Counted from the first letter of the stretch, positions 8,980 through 17,654 are shown. The stretch: DNA of 37,749 nucleotides from Betaproteobacteria bacterium (GCA_029858545.1 JAOUFA010000002.1:1-37749), one strand, 5' to 3'. Program-made: numbers and translations. The notes: generated by a model from the letters alone, not told the origin.

Positions 8980-9231
8980 ATGCTGAGCCCGACACCCTCA
9001 CCCACGCTCGACAGGCTCCAGCCGGGCGAGTCCGCAACGATCATCGATTTGCGCGGCGACACCGAGCTGATCCATCGCCTGACGGCACTCGGGGTGCGCG
9101 CCGGCAAGTGCGTCCAGGTGCTGCGCCGCGCCGCGTTTGCGGGCCCGCTTCACATACGCGTCGGCACCACCGACCTGATGCTGCGCCTTTCGGAAGCCTG
9201 CTGCGTCGGAGTCACTTCGGCGCGGTGCTGA
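8980..9231 (+). CDS. feoA: Ferrous iron transport protein A
   Basis: 83 aa. LQPGESATIIDLRGD...RLTALGVRAGKCVQVLRRAAFAGPLHIRVG is the FeoA SH3-like pattern. It lies directly upstream of feoB. Confidence 0.9.
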   Translation: MLSPTPSPTLDRLQPGESATIIDLRGDTELIHRLTALGVRAGKCVQVLRRAAFAGPLHIRVGTTDLMLRLSEACCVGVTSARC

Positions 9232-9252
9232 GCGCCGCCCCGGGGATACGTC

Positions 9253-11010
9253 GTGAAGCGCATCGCATTGATCGGCATGCCCAACACGGGCAAGTCGACG
9301 CTCTTCAATCGCCTCACCGGCGCGCACGCCAAGGTCGGCAACTGGCCGGGCCTCACGGTCGATCTGCTGAGCGCCAAGCTGCTGCTCGGCGGCGAAATGG
9401 TGCACCTGGTCGATCTGCCCGGCATCCATGACCTGCGCGGACACTCGAGCGACGAAGCGGTCGCCACCGCGTTCCTCTCGCAGCATATCGTCGATGTCGC
9501 GCTGGTGCTGCTCAACGCTTCGCAGATTGAGCGCCAGATCGGCCTGCTCGCGCAGATTGCGCGCCCGGGACTCCCGGTCATCGTCGTCCTCAACATGGCC
9601 GATGAGGCCGCCGCGCTGGGCATCACCGTCGCGCACCAGAAATTGGCCGAGCAGATCGGCGTTCCCGTGTGCATGGTCTCGGCGAAGTACGGCCAGGGCG
9701 TCGACCAGCTGCAGAAACTGATCGTCGAGGCGCTGCACGGCAAACTGCCGAGCGGCGCGCCGACGCTCGACAGCAATGCCCTCGAGGCCGCCGTCAGGCA
9801 GAACGTATCCGTTCCGGCACGCGCTTCGCATGCGCTCACCGAAAAAATGGACCGCGTGCTGCTGCACCCGTGGGCCGGCCTGCCGATCTTCTTCGCGATC
9901 ATGTTCCTGATGTTCGAGGCGGTATTCAACCTCGGCAAACCGATCCAGGACGGCATGGCCTGGGCGATCACGGCGTTCCGATCGACGGCACTCGAGCCCG
10001 CGCTTGCCGCGCTGCCAGCGCTGCTGAAGGGGCTGCTGCTCGATGGCCTATACAACGGCATCGGCACGGTGGCGAGCTTCGTGCCGCTGATCATCCTGTT
10101 CTTCCTCGGCATGGCGATGATCGAGGATACCGGCTACCTCTCGCGCGCGGCCTTCCTCATGGATGCGCTCATGTCGCGCTTCGGACTCGATGGTCGCAGC
10201 TTCGTGATGATCCTGATGGGCTTCGGTTGCAATGTGCCGGCGCTGATGGGCACGCGCGTGATGCGCTCGCGCGGACTGAGATTCCTCACCATGCTCGTGA
10301 TACCGATGTCGCTTTGCTCGGCGCGACTGCAGGTATTTCTGTTCTTCATCGCGGCACTGTTTCCGACGCGCGCCGCGCCGCTGGTGCTGTTCTCGCTCTA
10401 CCTGATCAGCATCGCCACCGCAATGCTTACCTCGCAGCTCTTCAAGCGGCGCTTCGTCAACAGCGACCCCTTCGTACTCGAGATTCCGCCCTATCGTTTC
10501 CCCACGCTACGCCAGATGGTGTTGCGTGGCTGGCATGAAGTCATGCACTTCCTGCGACGCGCGACACGCTTCATCACCGCGGGAGTGGTATTCGTCTGGC
10601 TGCTCACCAACTTCCCCACCGGCGCAGCGCCCGGCGGTGCCGACACGCTCGCGGGACACATCGGCAGCTTCCTCGACCCGGTGATGAGTCCGCTTGGCAT
10701 CGACCCCAAGCTGACGATCGCGCTGATCTTCGGCTTTGTCGCCAAGGAGATCGTGATCGGCTCGCTCGCCGTGATCTACGCGCAGGAAGGCCAGGCGCTG
10801 ACGGCGGCCATCGCGCACCAGATAGATTGGGTTCAGGCCTACAGTTTCATGCTGTTCACCCTCGTCTACACGCCCTGCCTTTCCACCATCGCGACGATCC
10901 GCAACGAGGCCAAGAGCGCGATCTTCAGCCTGCTCGCCGTGGCCTGGCCGCTCGCTCTCGCCTGGGTCACCAGCTTCGTTTTCTACCAGGTTGCACGGCA
11001 GCTGTTCTGA
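9253..11010 (+). CDS. feoB: Ferrous iron transporter B
   Basis: GTG start, 6 nt after GGGGA. G1 motif GMPNTGKST, DLPG, then a polytopic membrane domain. Confidence 0.93.
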   Translation: MKRIALIGMPNTGKSTLFNRLTGAHAKVGNWPGLTVDLLSAKLLLGGEMVHLVDLPGIHDLRGHSSDEAVATAFLSQHIVDVALVLLNASQIERQIGLLAQIARPGLPVIVVLNMADEAAALGITVAHQKLAEQIGVPVCMVSAKYGQGVDQLQKLIVEALHGKLPSGAPTLDSNALEAAVRQNVSVPARASHALTEKMDRVLLHPWAGLPIFFAIMFLMFEAVFNLGKPIQDGMAWAITAFRSTALEPALAALPALLKGLLLDGLYNGIGTVASFVPLIILFFLGMAMIEDTGYLSRAAFLMDALMSRFGLDGRSFVMILMGFGCNVPALMGTRVMRSRGLRFLTMLVIPMSLCSARLQVFLFFIAALFPTRAAPLVLFSLYLISIATAMLTSQLFKRRFVNSDPFVLEIPPYRFPTLRQMVLRGWHEVMHFLRRATRFITAGVVFVWLLTNFPTGAAPGGADTLAGHIGSFLDPVMSPLGIDPKLTIALIFGFVAKEIVIGSLAVIYAQEGQALTAAIAHQIDWVQAYSFMLFTLVYTPCLSTIATIRNEAKSAIFSLLAVAWPLALAWVTSFVFYQVARQLF

Positions 11011-11180
11011 CCAAGCACGCCGACCCGATGAGGGAGGCGCGCGGATCCTGCGGCTGCTTGAATCGCGCGGCGCGATGACCGACATGCGGAAGGAGGTGTG
11101 TTCGGCGCGATCGAGCCCGGTCACGCTCCGCGGCGATTGCCCAAGCGCCGCCGCTCTGCATTTAAGGCAACATACACCTC

Positions 11181-12443
11181 GTGGATCCCGCAAGCCCCCC
11201 CGCCCCCTCCACGACGCGCATCTTTGCGCGCGTCACCCTGCCCTTTCTCGCGGGCTACTTCGTCTCGTATCTCTTTCGCTCGATCAATGCCGTGGCCGGT
11301 CCGCGCATCGCGGCCGAATTTTCGCTCACCGCCGCCGACCTGGGTCTGCTCAGCGCGATGTACTTTCTTTCCTTCGCGCTGTTCCAACTGCCGCTCGGCC
11401 TGCTGCTCGATCGCTACGGCCCGCGGCGCATCAACGCCACGTTGCTCGTCATCGCCGCGATGGGCAGCTTCGGTTTCGCGCTCTCCCGCACGCCGGGCGA
11501 ATTGGTCCTCGCGCGCGCATTGATCGGTATCGGCGTGTCGGGCTGCCTGATGGCGGCATTCTCGGCGTTCGTGCTGTGGTATCCCGCCGAGCGCATCGCG
11601 AGCATGAACGGCCTCGCCTTCGCCACCGGCATGCTCGGTGCGATCGCGACCACCGTGCCGCTCGAAATTGCCCTGCGTGCGCTCGACTGGCGCGAGATAT
11701 TCCAGGGTATCGCCGCGCTCGCACTGGCGGTCGGCCTCGCGCTGTTCTTCTGCACACCCGAGCGCGGCAGCGGGCGCCAGACGTCTTTGCGCGAACAACT
11801 GCAAGGCTACGCGCACATCGCGCGCGACCCGGCATTCTGGCGCGTCGGCCTGTGCGTGGCCGGCAGCCAGGCGGCGACGATCTCGCTGTTTACGTTGTGG
11901 GTCGCGACCTGGGAGCGCGACGTGGTCCATTACACCGGCGCCGAGATCGCTCGCGCCCTGCTCGCGTACGCGCTGGCGATGATGGCGGGCTATCTCGGCT
12001 TCGGCCGCGCCGCGGATGCGATGGCGCGCCGCGGCCGCGACGGTCTGCCGCTGCTCGTCGCGGGTGTCGCGGCGTCCTCGCTGTGCCTGGGCTTCATCCT
12101 GCTGGGCGTACGAGCCGGCTCGCTGCTGCTGTGGGCCTGCTTCTTCGCCTGCGCCACCGCGGTCGTGCTCGCCTACGCGTTGCTCAGCCGCCGCTACCCC
12201 AAGGAGATGGTCGGCCGCGTCAATACCGCGATCAACGTGCTCGGCTTCGTTGGCATGTTCACCGGACAATGGTTGGTCGGTCTGGTGCTCGATCTCTGGC
12301 CGCGCACACCGCTCGGCTACGCGCCCGAGGCATACACCTGGGCATTCGGCCTGTTGTGGCTCGCGCAGACCGCAGGGCTCGCCTGGCTCTGGGCAGGCCG
12401 GCGGCTGTTCGCGACGCGGCAGGCGGCAAACCCCGGCGCCTAA
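11181..12443 (+). CDS. MFS transporter
   Basis: ORF 11181..12443 (GTG start). About 12 hydrophobic segments. MFS loop motif LLDRYGPRR. Confidence 0.85.
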   Translation: MDPASPPAPSTTRIFARVTLPFLAGYFVSYLFRSINAVAGPRIAAEFSLTAADLGLLSAMYFLSFALFQLPLGLLLDRYGPRRINATLLVIAAMGSFGFALSRTPGELVLARALIGIGVSGCLMAAFSAFVLWYPAERIASMNGLAFATGMLGAIATTVPLEIALRALDWREIFQGIAALALAVGLALFFCTPERGSGRQTSLREQLQGYAHIARDPAFWRVGLCVAGSQAATISLFTLWVATWERDVVHYTGAEIARALLAYALAMMAGYLGFGRAADAMARRGRDGLPLLVAGVAASSLCLGFILLGVRAGSLLLWACFFACATAVVLAYALLSRRYPKEMVGRVNTAINVLGFVGMFTGQWLVGLVLDLWPRTPLGYAPEAYTWAFGLLWLAQTAGLAWLWAGRRLFATRQAANPGA

Positions 12444-12449
12444 CGCGCA

Positions 12450-13331
12450 CTAAGCCGGCCGCGGTCGGCTCTCGCGCCGGATGCTGTAGTAGGTTCCGGC
12501 GAAAATCACCGCCGCGCCGAGCATGATCCTGACGTCGATCGCCTCCCCATAGAACAGCGCGCCGATCACCGCAATGAGCGGCAGCCTGAGAAAATCGATC
12601 GGCACCACGAGCGTCGCATCGGCGAGCCGGAAGGCGCGCGTCATCGAGTAGTGCGCGGCGAAACTTCCCATGCCGATCGCCAGGATCCACGGCAGATCCG
12701 CGACACCCGGCGTCACCCAGTGCGGCAGCGCCGGTATCAGACTGAGCGGCGTCTGGATGAGCGACATGTAGAACAGCACCGCGAGTGAAGAATCGCTCTG
12801 CGAGAGTTTCTTCGTGGCGATCATGGTCGACGCGTAGGCGAGCGAGCCGATCAGCATCACCACCGCCGCGGGTTGAATGAGGCCCTCGCCGGGCCGCAAG
12901 ATCACGACGATCCCCGCGATCCCCAGCAGCAGCATCACCACCCGTCCGCGATTCAGGTGCTCTCCGAGGATCAGCATCGCGAGGACCGCGGTCCATACCG
13001 GCATCGTGAATTCGATCGCGAATACCGTGGCGAGCGGCAACATCGCCAGTGCGTAGACCCAGGAGTACTGTCCGCCGAAATGCAGCACATTGCGCAGGCC
13101 GTGCAGTCCGATCCTGCGCGTGCGCAGCACCGCAAGCCCGTAGCGCGGCAGCACCGCGAGCACCATCGCGAGCGACACCAGGGTGCGGAAGAACAGGATC
13201 TCAAACGGGCCCATATGGCGCAGCAGTTCGCGCACCGCGACCGCCATCAGAGAAAAGGACAGCACCGCGCCGCCCATCCAGAGCGCACCCCGCAGCGGGG
13301 CCACCAGGCCGACCGTGGCATTGTTTGTCAT
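12450..13331 (-). CDS. DMT (EamA-like) family transporter
   Basis: ORF 12450..13421. Plausible start is ATG 13331 (MTNNATVGLVAPLRGALWMGGAVLSFSLMAV). Ten hydrophobic segments in a two-EamA-domain layout. Confidence 0.85.
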   Translation of the reverse strand: MTNNATVGLVAPLRGALWMGGAVLSFSLMAVAVRELLRHMGPFEILFFRTLVSLAMVLAVLPRYGLAVLRTRRIGLHGLRNVLHFGGQYSWVYALAMLPLATVFAIEFTMPVWTAVLAMLILGEHLNRGRVVMLLLGIAGIVVILRPGEGLIQPAAVVMLIGSLAYASTMIATKKLSQSDSSLAVLFYMSLIQTPLSLIPALPHWVTPGVADLPWILAIGMGSFAAHYSMTRAFRLADATLVVPIDFLRLPLIAVIGALFYGEAIDVRIMLGAAVIFAGTYYSIRRESRPRPA

Positions 13332-13387
13332 TGCCCGCCAGTTTATGCCCGCATCATCCGACGAAGTAAAGCGCTGTTTTGCGCACG

Positions 13388-14305
13388 CTAAGGTGCGACG
13401 CGCCTGGCTTCGTCGGGACAACGCTCGCGCACTGTCGTGCGAATGATCTCCGCGAGCCGGTGCACGCCCGATCCCGCGGATTCCGGATCGGCGAAGATCA
13501 GGTAGAGCATCACGTCGCGATCGGCGCCTTCGCGCAGCGGCAGTGCCTTCAGCTCCCCGGATCGCAGCTCATCGCGGATCGTGTCTTCCGCGTACCAGGC
13601 GAAGCCCAACCCCATGACGGCGGCGCGAATCGAAGTCGCCTTGTTCGACACCGTCCAGCGTTCGTCGGCCGCGACGCTCGGCTCGCGCGCGCGCCGCGCG
13701 TCGGTCTCTCGCACCACGAGGTGCCGATGGCCCCGCAGATCCTCGAGGGTCAGCGGCCGGCCGAGCCGGTGTAACGGATGATCGGGATGCGCCGCCATGA
13801 CGAAACGCGACAGCATCAGCGAGTCGCCGAGAAATCCGGGCGGAATGGTGGGCCCGATCGCGAGGTCCACGCGTCCCTTGAGCAGCGCCTCGCTGGTTCC
13901 GCCGAGCACCGACTCGTAGAGTTCGATCCGCGTATGCGGCCGCTCGCGCGCGAAGCGGGCGAGACATTCGAGCAGCAACCAGGTCGGAAAGATGATCTCG
14001 ACCGCGAGGCTCAATTCGGATTCCCACCCCATGGCGAGGTCGGCCGCCAGGCCTTCGAGCCGTGCCGCCTCATCGAGCAGATGCTTGCCGCGCCGGTAGA
14101 GGACCTGACCGCTCCCGGTCAGCACGGCCCGGCGTCCCTGCACTTCGAAGGCCTTCACGCCGGTCAACCGCTCCAACTGCTGGACGGCATAGGTCAGCGT
14201 GGACTGACTCTTGTGCAGTTGCTCAGCCGCCTTGGCATAGCTGCCGGATTCGACCACCTGAACCAGGGTTGCCCATTGATCAAGCGAAATACGCGGCGGA
14301 TTCAT
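13388..14305 (-). CDS. LysR-family transcriptional regulator
   Basis: N-terminal HTH LDQWATLVQVVESGSYAKAAEQLHKSQSTLTYAVQQLE. Typical length (305 aa). Divergent from doxX-pirin. Confidence 0.92.
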   Translation of the reverse strand: MNPPRISLDQWATLVQVVESGSYAKAAEQLHKSQSTLTYAVQQLERLTGVKAFEVQGRRAVLTGSGQVLYRRGKHLLDEAARLEGLAADLAMGWESELSLAVEIIFPTWLLLECLARFARERPHTRIELYESVLGGTSEALLKGRVDLAIGPTIPPGFLGDSLMLSRFVMAAHPDHPLHRLGRPLTLEDLRGHRHLVVRETDARRAREPSVAADERWTVSNKATSIRAAVMGLGFAWYAEDTIRDELRSGELKALPLREGADRDVMLYLIFADPESAGSGVHRLAEIIRTTVRERCPDEARRVAP

Positions 14306-14335
14306 AGAGGTGGATTCCTAGCGGTGGATTCCTAG
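14294..14335. repeat. 14-bp tandem repeat x3 spanning the LysR start codon
   Basis: Plus strand: cggcggattcatag / aggtggattcctag / cggtggattcctag. On the minus strand this reads CTAGGAATCCACCG CTAGGAATCCACCT CTATGAATCCGCCG, and the third copy carries the ATG. Confidence 0.8.
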
Positions 14336-14363
14336 AGGCGCGCTCCTGAAGGCGGGTTTATCT

Positions 14364-14378
14364 ATCGATTAGATCGAT
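14364..14378. promoter_or_regulatory. Candidate LysR-type T-N11-A box (ATCGAT-TAG-ATCGAT)
   Basis: TCGATTAGATCGA is a T-N11-A dyad in the AT-rich core of the lysR/doxX divergent region. A third ATCGA half-site lies at about 14407. A TATATT -10-like hexamer at 14389-14394 places the box over a -35 position. Confidence 0.4.
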
Positions 14379-14655
14379 GTTATTGGGCTATATTTTCCGC
14401 TTTTCTATCGAATGTTTCAATTGTTAAATGGCACCACTCGCCCCATCCCAGGAGTAGCACAGCCGCCCCCTACTTCAAACCCCTCGCAGCAGCTCTTCCG
14501 AAGCCGGCCTGTGGAGTCGCCTCGCTACCGGGTTCGTCCAGGGGTCGCAGCCGGGAAACCCCGGCCCGGATGTTGCGCCGCCCGATCTGGCGCGCGATCG
14601 GCAGACCGGGGCCTGAATCCGACCCAACCCCCATTAACCTTCAAGGAGAAATCCC

Positions 14656-15048
14656 ATGCGCAGCTACGCCAATGCCGTCGAACTCGCCGGCCGCATCCTC
14701 GTCGCAGGACTGTTCGTCATCGCCGGACTCGGCAAGATCGGCGCCGCCTATGCCGGCACACAAGGCTACATGCAGGCGCAGGGCCTGCCGGGCGCTCTGC
14801 TGCCGCTGGTCATCGCGCTGGAAGTCGGCGGCGCACTGCTGGTGATCGCCGGTCTGTGGACGCGCTTCGCGGCGCTGGCGCTCGCCGCCTTCACGCTCGC
14901 CGCGGCGCTCGTGTTTCATGCTAACTTCGCCGATCCGATGCAGCAGGTCATGTTCATGAAGAACGTCGCGATCGCCGGCGGCTTCCTGTTCCTGGTCGCG
15001 CACGGCGCCGGGACCTGGAGCATCGATGCGCGTCGTTCGCGCGGCTGA
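14656..15048 (+). CDS. DoxX family membrane protein
   Basis: 130 aa with four hydrophobic helices. AGRILVAGLFVIAGLGKI ... FLFLVAHGAGTWSID is typical of DoxX. SD AAGGAGA lies upstream. Confidence 0.88.
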   Translation: MRSYANAVELAGRILVAGLFVIAGLGKIGAAYAGTQGYMQAQGLPGALLPLVIALEVGGALLVIAGLWTRFAALALAAFTLAAALVFHANFADPMQQVMFMKNVAIAGGFLFLVAHGAGTWSIDARRSRG

Positions 15049-15069
15049 ATTCAAGGGGACACGCACACC

Positions 15070-15927
15070 ATGGCAGGAAGAACGCTTCGACAAGTCATTC
15101 CCTCGGTCGCCACCTCGGACGGCGCGGGCGTCAGCCTGCGGCGCAGCATCGGTGCCTCGCAACAATTGCGCCACGACCCCTTCCTGATGCTCGACGAGTT
15201 CTACTCGGACGACCCGCAGGACTACATCGCGGGATTCCCTTCGCATCCGCACCGCGGCTTCGAGACCGTCACCTACATGCTCGATGGCCGCATGCGGCAC
15301 GAGGACAGCGTCGGCAACCGCGGCGACCTCGGTCCCGGCGACGTGCAGTGGATGAGCGCCGCGCGCGGCATCATCCACTCCGAGATGCCGCAGCAGGCCG
15401 AGGGCCGGATGCGCGGTTTTCAGCTGTGGATCAATCTTCCCGCGAAGGAAAAAATGAAACCGGCCGGTTATCGCGACATCCCCGCACGCGAGATTCCCGG
15501 CGCGATACTCGACCACGGCGGCGAGGCGCGCGTGATCGCGGGCACACTCGTGCAGGAGACGGGGCGCACCGACGGGCCGATTCAGGGGCTGTCGACGGCG
15601 CCGCTGTATCTCGACGTGCACCTGCCGGCGGGCGGGGCGTTCGCGGCGCCGATCACCGCGGGCCACAATGCGTTTCTCTACCTGTACGAAGGCGACGCGG
15701 GGGTCGGCGAGGAGCGCCTTTCCCTTACGCGACGCACCGCGGGACTGCTCAGCGACGGGGATTCGCTGCGCGTGCAGGCGGGCGAGAGCGGCGCGCGTTT
15801 CCTGCTGCTCGCCGGCAAACCACTGCGCGAGCCGGTCGTGCAGTACGGCCCGTTCGTGATGAACACCCGCGCGGAGATCGAGCAGGCGGTGGCGGACTAC
15901 CAGAGCGGGCGTCTCGCCATCGCCTAG
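15070..15927 (+). CDS. Pirin family protein
   Basis: HPHRGFETVTYMLDG metal-binding motif and a bicupin-compatible length of 285 aa. Confidence 0.92.
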   Translation: MAGRTLRQVIPSVATSDGAGVSLRRSIGASQQLRHDPFLMLDEFYSDDPQDYIAGFPSHPHRGFETVTYMLDGRMRHEDSVGNRGDLGPGDVQWMSAARGIIHSEMPQQAEGRMRGFQLWINLPAKEKMKPAGYRDIPAREIPGAILDHGGEARVIAGTLVQETGRTDGPIQGLSTAPLYLDVHLPAGGAFAAPITAGHNAFLYLYEGDAGVGEERLSLTRRTAGLLSDGDSLRVQAGESGARFLLLAGKPLREPVVQYGPFVMNTRAEIEQAVADYQSGRLAIA

Positions 15928-15980
15928 CGAAACCGCGAGCATCCCCGGGTACGCGACAGACATTGGCGGAGGTCGAAATC

Positions 15981-16724
15981 GTGAACCGGAACGCAGGCGC
16001 GGGTTCGCGCGCCGCACGCCTGCTCGTCGGCACAGGCCTCGTCCTCGGTATCGCCTGCGCCGCCACTGAACTGCTTGCCGGTCTCGGCCATCGCCTGGGC
16101 TGGTGGGACTACCGCGTCGGACTCGGCGCGCTCGGCGTGGCCGCCTGGGTGGCGGCCGTCGCGGTGGTGGTCTCGCTGGTCGGCCTGCTGCACGCGGCGC
16201 GCATCCGCGCGCCGCGCCTCGCCAGGCGGGCGCTCGCGGGACTGGTCGCCGGCACGCTCGCCGCGGGGCTGCCCGGCTACCACTTCGTCCTCGCGAGGCA
16301 GCTGCCCCGCATCCACGACGTCAGCACCGACTCCGACCACCCGCCGCGTTTCGTCGCCGCGCTGTCGGTGCGGCGCGACGCGCCGAATTCGACTGACTAC
16401 AGCCCCGACACGGCTGCTCTGCAGAAGAAGGCCTATCCCGACATCGGTCCCGCGCAGATCGATGCCGCGCCCGCCGCCGCCTTCGAGCGTGCGCTCGCGG
16501 CGGCGCGCGCGATGGGCTGGGAGATCATTGCCAGCGTTCCTGCCGACGGGCGCATCGAAGCGGTCGCCAGCACGCTGCTGTTCGGTTTCAAGGATGACGT
16601 GGTGATCCGCGTCGCCGCGCACGGTGGCGGAAGCCGCGTCGACATTCGTTCGCTGTCGCGCGTGGGTCGCAGCGACCTCGGCGCCAACGCGCGGCGTATC
16701 CGCGCCTTCCTCGGCAGGCTCTGA
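15981..16724 (+). CDS. DUF1499-like membrane-anchored protein
   Basis: Tail of track ORF 15348..16724. GTG 15981 lies 8 nt after GGCGGAGG. N-terminal TM helices are followed by RIHDVSTD...PPRF ... FKDDVVIRV ... RSLSRVGRSDLGANARRI, which I associate with DUF1499. Confidence 0.65.
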   Translation: MNRNAGAGSRAARLLVGTGLVLGIACAATELLAGLGHRLGWWDYRVGLGALGVAAWVAAVAVVVSLVGLLHAARIRAPRLARRALAGLVAGTLAAGLPGYHFVLARQLPRIHDVSTDSDHPPRFVAALSVRRDAPNSTDYSPDTAALQKKAYPDIGPAQIDAAPAAAFERALAAARAMGWEIIASVPADGRIEAVASTLLFGFKDDVVIRVAAHGGGSRVDIRSLSRVGRSDLGANARRIRAFLGRL

Positions 16725-16741
16725 AGGCCGCGACCCCCACG

Positions 16742-16777
16742 AATGAAAACGCCCCGGGGATCACGATCCCCAGGGCG
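16742..16777 (-). terminator. Rho-independent terminator for the small ORF / SRAP transcript
   Basis: Minus-strand RNA CGCCCUGGGGAU-CGUG-AUCCCCGGGGCG forms a 12-bp stem (one G-U) with a 4-nt loop, followed by UUUUCAUUC. Confidence 0.8.
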
Positions 16778-16799
16778 CCTACTGCTCAGGCACGCCAGC

Positions 16800-16886
16800 C
16801 TAGGCGCAGCCGACGAACGTCCGGAACTTCAGGGTTGATCCGGCGTTCGATTCCTGCGGGCCGGTGTTGCCTTGATGGTCTCTCAC
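16800..16886 (-). CDS. Unannotated 28-codon ORF: MRDHQGNTGPQESNAGSTLKFRTFVGCA
   Basis: Below the track's size cutoff. GTG 16886 lies 7 nt after GGAGG within a 17-nt anti-SD complement. Stop is TAG at 16800-16802. 22 of 28 codons end in G/C. The terminator begins 22 nt downstream. No recognisable family. Confidence 0.5.
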   Translation of the reverse strand: MRDHQGNTGPQESNAGSTLKFRTFVGCA

Positions 16887-16902
16887 TGGATCACCTCCTT
16901 TC
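16886..16902 (-). promoter_or_regulatory. Extended Shine-Dalgarno GAAAGGAGGUGAUCCAG
   Basis: The plus strand reads ctggatcacctcctttc, identical to the conserved 3' end of bacterial 16S rRNA. The minus-strand mRNA is therefore perfectly complementary over 17 nt. Confidence 0.7.
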
Positions 16903-16931
16903 AAAGTTGCGAGCTTGAAGTGTAGCACCGC

Positions 16932-17651
16932 TCATGCCCGGGACTCGAGCGGCTCGATGAGTTCGGGGCCGTCGCGCCGGGTATCGTTGACGAGCGGACC
17001 CACCTTCCGGAATTCGAACTCCTCCGGCCCGGCATGCGTGTCGGCGATCGCTTGCACCCGCGCCGGATCGTCAAGCTGGCGGTCGAGCCAGGCGGCGTGC
17101 ACGGCCTCGGGCAATGCCACCGGCGCACGGTCGTGCACCTTCGCGAGCTCGCCTTGCGCGGCGGTGCTGAGCACCGCGCAAGAAATGAGCTGCGCGCCGG
17201 TGCCGGGATTGGTCCAGCGGGACATCAGCCCGGCAAAGCCCAGCAACCGGCCGTCGGCCCTGTGAAAATAATAGGGCTGCTTGACCGGCTTCACCTCGCC
17301 GGTCACCGGATCAATGCGTTCGACGGCCTGCCACTCGTACCAGCCTTCGGCCGGGATCAGGCAGCGGGCGTGTCGCCACGCGTCGCGCCACATCGGCTTG
17401 CCCGCCGCCGCCTCCATGCGCGCGTTATGGGTCAGCGCGGGAAGCTTGGCCTGCTTCCACCAATGCGGCACGAGGCCCCAGCGCCCGGTGACCAGTTCGA
17501 GCACATCGCCCTCGTCGGCCAGCCGCAGGAGCGGAATCGTCGCGGTGGGAAACACGTTGAAGCGCCGCTCGAACGGAGCCTGATTGTGCCGGCCGATGTG
17601 CCAGGCGCGCTCGATTGCGGCTTGACCGGGGCTGACGTAACGACCGCACAT
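16932..17651 (-). CDS. SOS-response-associated peptidase (SRAP / YedK-like abasic-site processing protein)
   Basis: ORF 16932..17711. The start must be ATG 17651 so that the protein begins MCGRY (catalytic Cys2). It also contains FNVFPT and PHWW-type motifs. Confidence 0.9.
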   Translation of the reverse strand: MCGRYVSPGQAAIERAWHIGRHNQAPFERRFNVFPTATIPLLRLADEGDVLELVTGRWGLVPHWWKQAKLPALTHNARMEAAAGKPMWRDAWRHARCLIPAEGWYEWQAVERIDPVTGEVKPVKQPYYFHRADGRLLGFAGLMSRWTNPGTGAQLISCAVLSTAAQGELAKVHDRAPVALPEAVHAAWLDRQLDDPARVQAIADTHAGPEEFEFRKVGPLVNDTRRDGPELIEPLESRA

Positions 17652-17654
17652 CGC

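Noticed and set aside
11088-11100. A strong SD-like GGAAGGAGGTG in the feoB-MFS intergenic region, suggesting another hidden small ORF.
   Set aside because: No ATG, GTG or TTG lies at a workable 5-10-nt spacing. The GTG at 11098 is only 1 nt from the SD, and its 141-aa frame is Arg/Pro-rich and overlaps the MFS gene out of frame.
16845-16864. GTTCGATTCCTGCGGGCCGG resembles a tRNA T-loop plus 3' acceptor half. Could this be a tRNA gene or an att-site remnant?
   Set aside because: The 5' T-stem half does not pair, and no complementary acceptor 5' half lies about 65 nt upstream. There is no cloverleaf, no CCA and no integrase nearby. It falls inside the proposed 28-codon ORF and may be a chance match.
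16886-16902. The plus-strand CTGGATCACCTCCTTTC is identical to the 3' end of 16S rRNA. Could this be an rRNA gene fragment?
   Set aside because: The sequence immediately upstream (ggtctctca...) bears no resemblance to 16S helix 45 or the preceding conserved region. No rRNA, ITS or tRNA context exists either. It is better explained as the complement of an extended Shine-Dalgarno on the minus strand.
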